This document shows positions 59,771 through 64,000 of a DNA stretch of 64,000 nt, in pieces. The DNA is taken from positions 13,758-77,757 of the forward strand of contig PMJR01000120.1 in assembly GCA_003158475.1 (NCBI GenBank), read 5' to 3'. Below the pieces are notes generated by a model. It was not told where the DNA came from, did not search any database, and saw nothing but the letters and a program-made list of their open reading frames with translations. The stretch's first letter is position 1; every line of letters starts with the position of its first letter. Made by a program: the position numbers and the translations under genes. Source of the stretch: Ignavibacteriota bacterium. Lineage in GTDB: Bacteria; Bacteroidota; Ignavibacteria; UBA10030; UBA6906.

Positions 59771-60751
59771 TCATCGGCGAGGAGGGGCCGTGAGCCTCCC
59801 TGCGGGCGCCCCCTTGGGCTCTTTTTCGTTCCGGTACACCGGGATGCAGTGCGAGCGGTAACGCACCACGCGTCCGCGCACTATGTTGAAATACAGCTCC
59901 CGCAGCTGCCTGACCACCTGCCCCATCTTCCCCGTCCCGATCGCACGGTGATCGATCCGCGTCACCGCGATGACCTGCACGCCGGTGCCGGTGAAGAACA
60001 CCTCGTCCGCGAGGAAGAGCTCCGTCCGGTCCACCGGCCGTTCCACAACTTCCATCCCCATCTCGTCCTTCAGCAGCTTGATGATCGTCCGGCGGGTGAT
60101 CCCCTCGAGTATGTTCTCCGAAATGGAGGGGGTGATGACGACACCGTTCCGGACGAGGAATATGTTTTCCGCCGAGCCCTCCGACACATGGCCGTCCGCG
60201 CTCAGGACTATCGCCTCGTCAAATCCGGAAAGCTGCGCGTCTGATTTCGCCAGCGCGGAGTTCACGTAGGCTCCCGCTATCTTCCCCCGGGCGGGGATCA
60301 TGTTGTCGTCCACGCGCCGCCATGAAGAGATCGTACAGTGGGCATTCTCGTCGTTCTCCACGTACAGTCCGAACGGGACGGAGGTGATCGCGACGCGCGG
60401 GGTGAGGTTGTGCAGCCTGACCCCGATGATCTCGTCCCCGTAAAATGCAAGAGGGCGGATGTAACAGTCAGTCCTGTGCCCCTCGGTCCGGAGGAGCTCG
60501 AGCGTGCTTGAGGCGAGGCTCTCCGCCGTATAAGGGAGCTCCATGCGAAGGAGGCCTGCGGACTGGATGAACCGGCGGTAATGATCCACGGGACGGAAAA
60601 CGAACAGTTCCCCTTCATCATCATTCCAGTATGCCCTGATCCCCCCGAAGACGGCCGTGCCGTAGTTGAGTCCGTGTGTCAGAACCCCGACCTTTGCCTC
60701 CGCGTAAGGGACTATCTTCCCGTCGATGAACGCATAGCCCGGCAGATTCAT
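59771..60751 (-). CDS. ilvE: Branched-chain amino acid aminotransferase (class IV)
   Basis: Collinear with IlvE (KVGVLTHGLNYGTAVFGGIRAY..., EGSAENIF, LEGITR). Confidence 0.85.
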   Translation of the reverse strand: MNLPGYAFIDGKIVPYAEAKVGVLTHGLNYGTAVFGGIRAYWNDDEGELFVFRPVDHYRRFIQSAGLLRMELPYTAESLASSTLELLRTEGHRTDCYIRPLAFYGDEIIGVRLHNLTPRVAITSVPFGLYVENDENAHCTISSWRRVDDNMIPARGKIAGAYVNSALAKSDAQLSGFDEAIVLSADGHVSEGSAENIFLVRNGVVITPSISENILEGITRRTIIKLLKDEMGMEVVERPVDRTELFLADEVFFTGTGVQVIAVTRIDHRAIGTGKMGQVVRQLRELYFNIVRGRVVRYRSHCIPVYRNEKEPKGAPAGRLTAPPRR

Positions 60752-60915
60752 TGTGAGTCTCCCTGATTTTCTCGGTTGCTTGTCGTGCGAAACGGCCTGT
60801 TTTCTCTTATCATACCAAGATACGACGGAGCAAGGAAAAAGAAAACACCCCCCGCATCATTCGGCGATGGATCGCAAAGAAGTCCCGGTCGGAACGAGGT
60901 CCCACCCCTCTGCAC

Positions 60916-60944
60916 TTGACATTGCGAAAGGGTTTCCTTATGAT
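60916..60944 (+). promoter_or_regulatory. Near-consensus sigma70 promoter (TTGACA-17-TATGAT)
   Basis: ttgacattgcgaaagggtttccttatgat, in a lower-GC intergenic region. Confidence 0.4.
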
Positions 60945-60950
60945 TAGCAG

Positions 60951-61120
60951 GTTTTAATCCACTGTTCTTTCTTCTAAATTCTCTGAGCGCATCGAGCGTG
61001 CCCACAACCGTGCCGGTAGACCTGATCCCCGTTGTGTCGCGCAGTTGGTTTGCCCGCACCGTGTTTCCGATGACGTCTCATGCTGTACTTGAGAGCAACC
61101 CCCCATCGCTCTTTTTTTTA
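60951..61120 (+). ncRNA. Candidate small RNA or 5' leader (about 170 nt) between the promoter and a hairpin plus T8 run
   Basis: Transcript predicted from the promoter to gagagc-aaccccccatc-gctct plus tttttttt at 61091-61120. No ORF of at least 60 aa starts in it (the track ORF 60998..61213 only begins inside). Confidence 0.2.
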
Positions 61121-61324
61121 TTCCCTTCGACACCTATTCCTTGCACGCCAGTATTGAGTAGCCCAGACGCAGGAAATCTTCCTGTTCCGCTGTTCCATGT
61201 GAAAAAGTTGTAGCTCGTAGAGAAGTCCCGGACGGGTATGCCCTCCCGGCCTTCGAACAGAGTTTCTGACGGGACGCCTGTATCCAGGCCTCCCCTAATT
61301 TTTATACATACGGAGGGATACGCT

Positions 61325-61837
61325 ATGAAGATTCAATCTGGTCTCATCACGAAGGGAATCTCGCTTGCGCTGCTCCTGGCACTGCCGGGGGCGGGGGCGC
61401 TTTCACAGTCAAAGGAGCTTACGACCGAAGCACTGGCAGGCCAGGCGGAGGTGGTCGCCGTGGGGAAGGTCAGCTCGCTCGTTCCCCAGTGGAATGAAGA
61501 TCACTCGAGGATTTTCACGCGGGTGACGCTCTCCGTTGATCAGTACATCAAGGGGGGAAGTGCAGGGCAACCGCTCACACTGCTTGTCCCCGGGGGGGAA
61601 GTGGACGGAGTCGGCGAACTCTACAGTCATACTGCAGTATTCCAGAGTGATGAGAGCGTTCTCGTGTTCGCGCAAAAGGACAGGGAGGGGAACTACCGCG
61701 TCTCCGCAGGGCAGCAGGGAAAATACACAGTCAAGAGAGACGATGCCTCAGGCCGGCTGATGGTCGGCGGAATCCGGACACTTCAGGAAATCACCGCGGT
61801 CGTGCAGAAGGCGGCCATTGATCAAAATCAGAAATAG
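61325..61837 (+). CDS. Secreted hypothetical protein (about 170 aa)
   Basis: RBS ggaggg plus ATG. Signal MKIQSGLITKGISLALLLALPGAGALSQ. Confidence 0.5.
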   Translation: MKIQSGLITKGISLALLLALPGAGALSQSKELTTEALAGQAEVVAVGKVSSLVPQWNEDHSRIFTRVTLSVDQYIKGGSAGQPLTLLVPGGEVDGVGELYSHTAVFQSDESVLVFAQKDREGNYRVSAGQQGKYTVKRDDASGRLMVGGIRTLQEITAVVQKAAIDQNQK

Positions 61838-61891
61838 CCGGACGACGCGTCCACGAAACTCTCAGCTCTTGACAAACACAGGGGATTGATC

Positions 61892-64000
61892 ATGAAGAAT
61901 CGATATACGGATATCGGGGCTGCCATAATTCTCGGGGCAGTTCTGCTGGTTCAAACGGTCACTGCAACCCAACGTGTCATCCACTTCAGTGGATCGATCA
62001 CCGGCGGAGGGAGTTCATTTATCGCTACCCTTACATACGATGATTCTCAAGCCCCCATTGTAACAAGTCAGAGTCGAGCCGATTATCCCTCCTACACCTT
62101 TGACCTTGTCGTCAGCCCGGGAACCTCGGGAAGCGTCGTCTACCATCGAGATCCGAGCTCAACACTAACTGTTTATTATAATGATCAAACCTTCGGTGAT
62201 GCGTTTTTGACTAATGGTACGGGCCCGGGTTATGCCGGATTCAATCTCACAGGCGGTTCGGGCTTGGTGTTCAATTCGACAGCCCTGCCTGCAACTCTGC
62301 CCTCTATCGTCTCTTTTACTTCCAATTCTGTCGCGATAGGGAGTCCATCAGCGCTCGGAAGTATTTCTTTGATTTGGAGGCAGAATGCCATCGTCATACC
62401 TTACCTGGCAACTGGATACAAGTACCGGCAGTTTGCTTCCGAGGCTCTGTTTCCGGCTAACTATCAGACTTCCGGCTTCGATGATTCACAGTGGTCAAGC
62501 GGAGATGCTGGTTTCGGCTCGATTGGAGGTTGCGACCTCAACAGCCCGACATTCGTTAAGCAGAATTGGGATGTGTCTACACAAATGCTGTTGCGGAAGC
62601 ACTTCAGTCTCCCCTTCGGGGCCAACAATCTTGCGATAAGCGTCGCCATTGACAATGACGTCCAGGTGTTTATCAACGGAGCTGATGTCTCCGGCGGGCT
62701 TCAAATTCATGAGAATTGCGCGACCCGCGCAAGTTTCGTTTTCCCGGTTCCAGACAACATGCTGATTGCTGGGGACAACCTCATCGTAGTGCGAGGGAGT
62801 GATCGCGGGGGGTCTTCCTATCTTGATGTTCAGGTCGAAGCAAACCTTCCCCCGGACTTTGTCACGAACACGCTTGACGCCGGGAGCGGTTCGCTGCGGG
62901 AAGCGATCGTGAGAGCGAATTCTCATCCCGGTCCCGATTTAATACGGTTCAACATCCCTGGAACTGGAGTGCAGACCATTGCCCTCTCCTCACGCCTTCC
63001 ACAGGTGACGGATCAGGTGTTGATCGATGGCTACACGCAGCCGGGTGCGAGCCCGAACGCACTCGCAGTTGGAGACAATGCGGCGCTCGTGATCGAGCTC
63101 AACGGTCAGGGGGCTGTGGACCAGGGGCTGGTCCTTACGGGTGGAAACAGCACTGTCCGGGGTTTGGTGATTAACAGGTTCACAAATTCGGGGATAGTGT
63201 TGAGGACGCAAAACAGCGATACCGTTCAGGGAAACTTCATCGGAACCGACCCCACGGGGATGGTGGCTGAAGGGATAGGGGTGGACGGCATCTACATAGC
63301 CAATGGGGTTCCTCCCGGCACAGGGAATTTCAATCTGATCGGCGGGAACACACCAGCGGCCCGGAACCTCATCTCGGGGAACCATAGGAATGGCATGACG
63401 TTCGACCAGACAACCGGAAGCATGGTGTATGGGAACTACATCGGGACGAATGCAGCCGGTACAGCTGCGCTTGGCAATGTCCAGGCCGGAATCGGCATAT
63501 TTCTCGGAGGCGGGCAATTCAAGATAGGCGGTCCCGGAAGTTATGGAAATGTCATTTCAGGGAACGGGACAAATGGGATCCAGTTCCAATCATCGTTAAA
63601 CACGATTCAGGGGAACCTGATAGGCACGAATGCGGCCGGGACAGCGGCGATCCCGAATACAAATGATGGAATCAGGATGGCGGGGGGGGTCTACAGTAGT
63701 GTGACGGCGCCTACACAGAGCAACCAGATCGGAGGTCCCGGAGCCGGCAACATCATATCGGGAAATGGAGGGGTGGGTCTTGAGATTGTGAACGCAGGGA
63801 TCTCTCCCACCGGGAATTCGATACAGTCAAATTATATCGGCTCTGACAGGACGGGCGTTTCACCACTTGGGAACGGCGGTCACGGTATCAAATTAAGCGG
63901 GGCAACCAACAATCCGATAGGTGGTCTGGTTTCCGGTCAGGGGAACATCATAGCGTTCAACAGCGGGGCAGGTGTGTGTCTCGAGTCTAACGAGCCGGCT
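61892..64000 (+). CDS. Large secreted protein, partial (continues past the right edge): N-terminal beta-sandwich region, CSLREA domain, then right-handed parallel beta-helix (PbH1) repeats
   Basis: Hand translation shows no stop to nt 64000 (over 700 aa). ...LDAGSGSLREAIVRANSHPGPDLIRFNIPG (CSLREA motif). Repeated GNxIGTNAAGTAA / ISGNGxxG beta-helix rungs. Lower GC than the rest of the window. Confidence 0.75.
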   Translation, partial: MKNRYTDIGAAIILGAVLLVQTVTATQRVIHFSGSITGGGSSFIATLTYDDSQAPIVTSQSRADYPSYTFDLVVSPGTSGSVVYHRDPSSTLTVYYNDQTFGDAFLTNGTGPGYAGFNLTGGSGLVFNSTALPATLPSIVSFTSNSVAIGSPSALGSISLIWRQNAIVIPYLATGYKYRQFASEALFPANYQTSGFDDSQWSSGDAGFGSIGGCDLNSPTFVKQNWDVSTQMLLRKHFSLPFGANNLAISVAIDNDVQVFINGADVSGGLQIHENCATRASFVFPVPDNMLIAGDNLIVVRGSDRGGSSYLDVQVEANLPPDFVTNTLDAGSGSLREAIVRANSHPGPDLIRFNIPGTGVQTIALSSRLPQVTDQVLIDGYTQPGASPNALAVGDNAALVIELNGQGAVDQGLVLTGGNSTVRGLVINRFTNSGIVLRTQNSDTVQGNFIGTDPTGMVAEGIGVDGIYIANGVPPGTGNFNLIGGNTPAARNLISGNHRNGMTFDQTTGSMVYGNYIGTNAAGTAALGNVQAGIGIFLGGGQFKIGGPGSYGNVISGNGTNGIQFQSSLNTIQGNLIGTNAAGTAAIPNTNDGIRMAGGVYSSVTAPTQSNQIGGPGAGNIISGNGGVGLEIVNAGISPTGNSIQSNYIGSDRTGVSPLGNGGHGIKLSGATNNPIGGLVSGQGNIIAFNSGAGVCLESNEPA

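Overview
This is a high-GC (about 63-64 %) bacterial chromosomal segment. The coding is dense, with many 1-4 nt gene overlaps and about 60 genes. I saw no rRNA, tRNA or CRISPR. At least five proteins end in the Por/T9SS C-terminal sorting domain (…QNYPNPFNP…) and a PorV/PorQ-like gene is present, so the donor is probably an FCB-group organism such as Rhodothermaeota, Gemmatimonadota or Ignavibacteriota. The ORF track omits genes that run off either edge, so I translated both edges by hand. Main content, left to right: (1) an ECF sigma factor followed by a Ser/Thr kinase that exits the left edge; (2) an alpha/beta hydrolase, a Tat-exported aldo-keto reductase with an Fe-S tail, and a secreted hypothetical; (3) a minus-strand MtrCAB-like cluster, in transcription order: small membrane ORF, 20-haem c-type cytochrome, 10-haem cytochrome, OM beta-barrel, with a DUF4337 gene upstream; (4) a PLP D-Cys-desulfhydrase-like gene co-operonic with a HEAT-repeat/beta-lactamase fusion, and an Ntn-hydrolase lipoprotein; (5) a cyanophycinase operon (M20 peptidase, CphB homolog, YfcC transporter); (6) a secreted T9SS protein and an RpiR regulator followed by a six-gene locus (TonB-dependent receptor, 840-aa T9SS cargo, PorV-like, tandem-S51 cyanophycinase-like T9SS cargo, M14 carboxypeptidase, enolase-superfamily dipeptide epimerase); (7) a histone-H1-like gene, a GH16 T9SS glucanase, an ATL protein, MarR-DoxX, and a 713-aa BNR-like propeller T9SS protein with DNA-level tandem repeats; (8) a ten-gene ilvD-ilvB-ilvN-DAHPsynthase-leuA-leuC-leuD-cimA-leuB-ilvC super-operon preceded by a Leu/Ile-rich leader ORF; (9) Yip1, galT, a GCPII-like M28 peptidase, an esterase and ilvE; (10) a lower-GC right end with a sigma70-like promoter plus T-run (sRNA candidate) and a CSLREA/beta-helix protein that exits the right edge. 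The most interesting candidates are the porin-cytochrome cluster and the T9SS-linked peptide-polymer utilisation locus.
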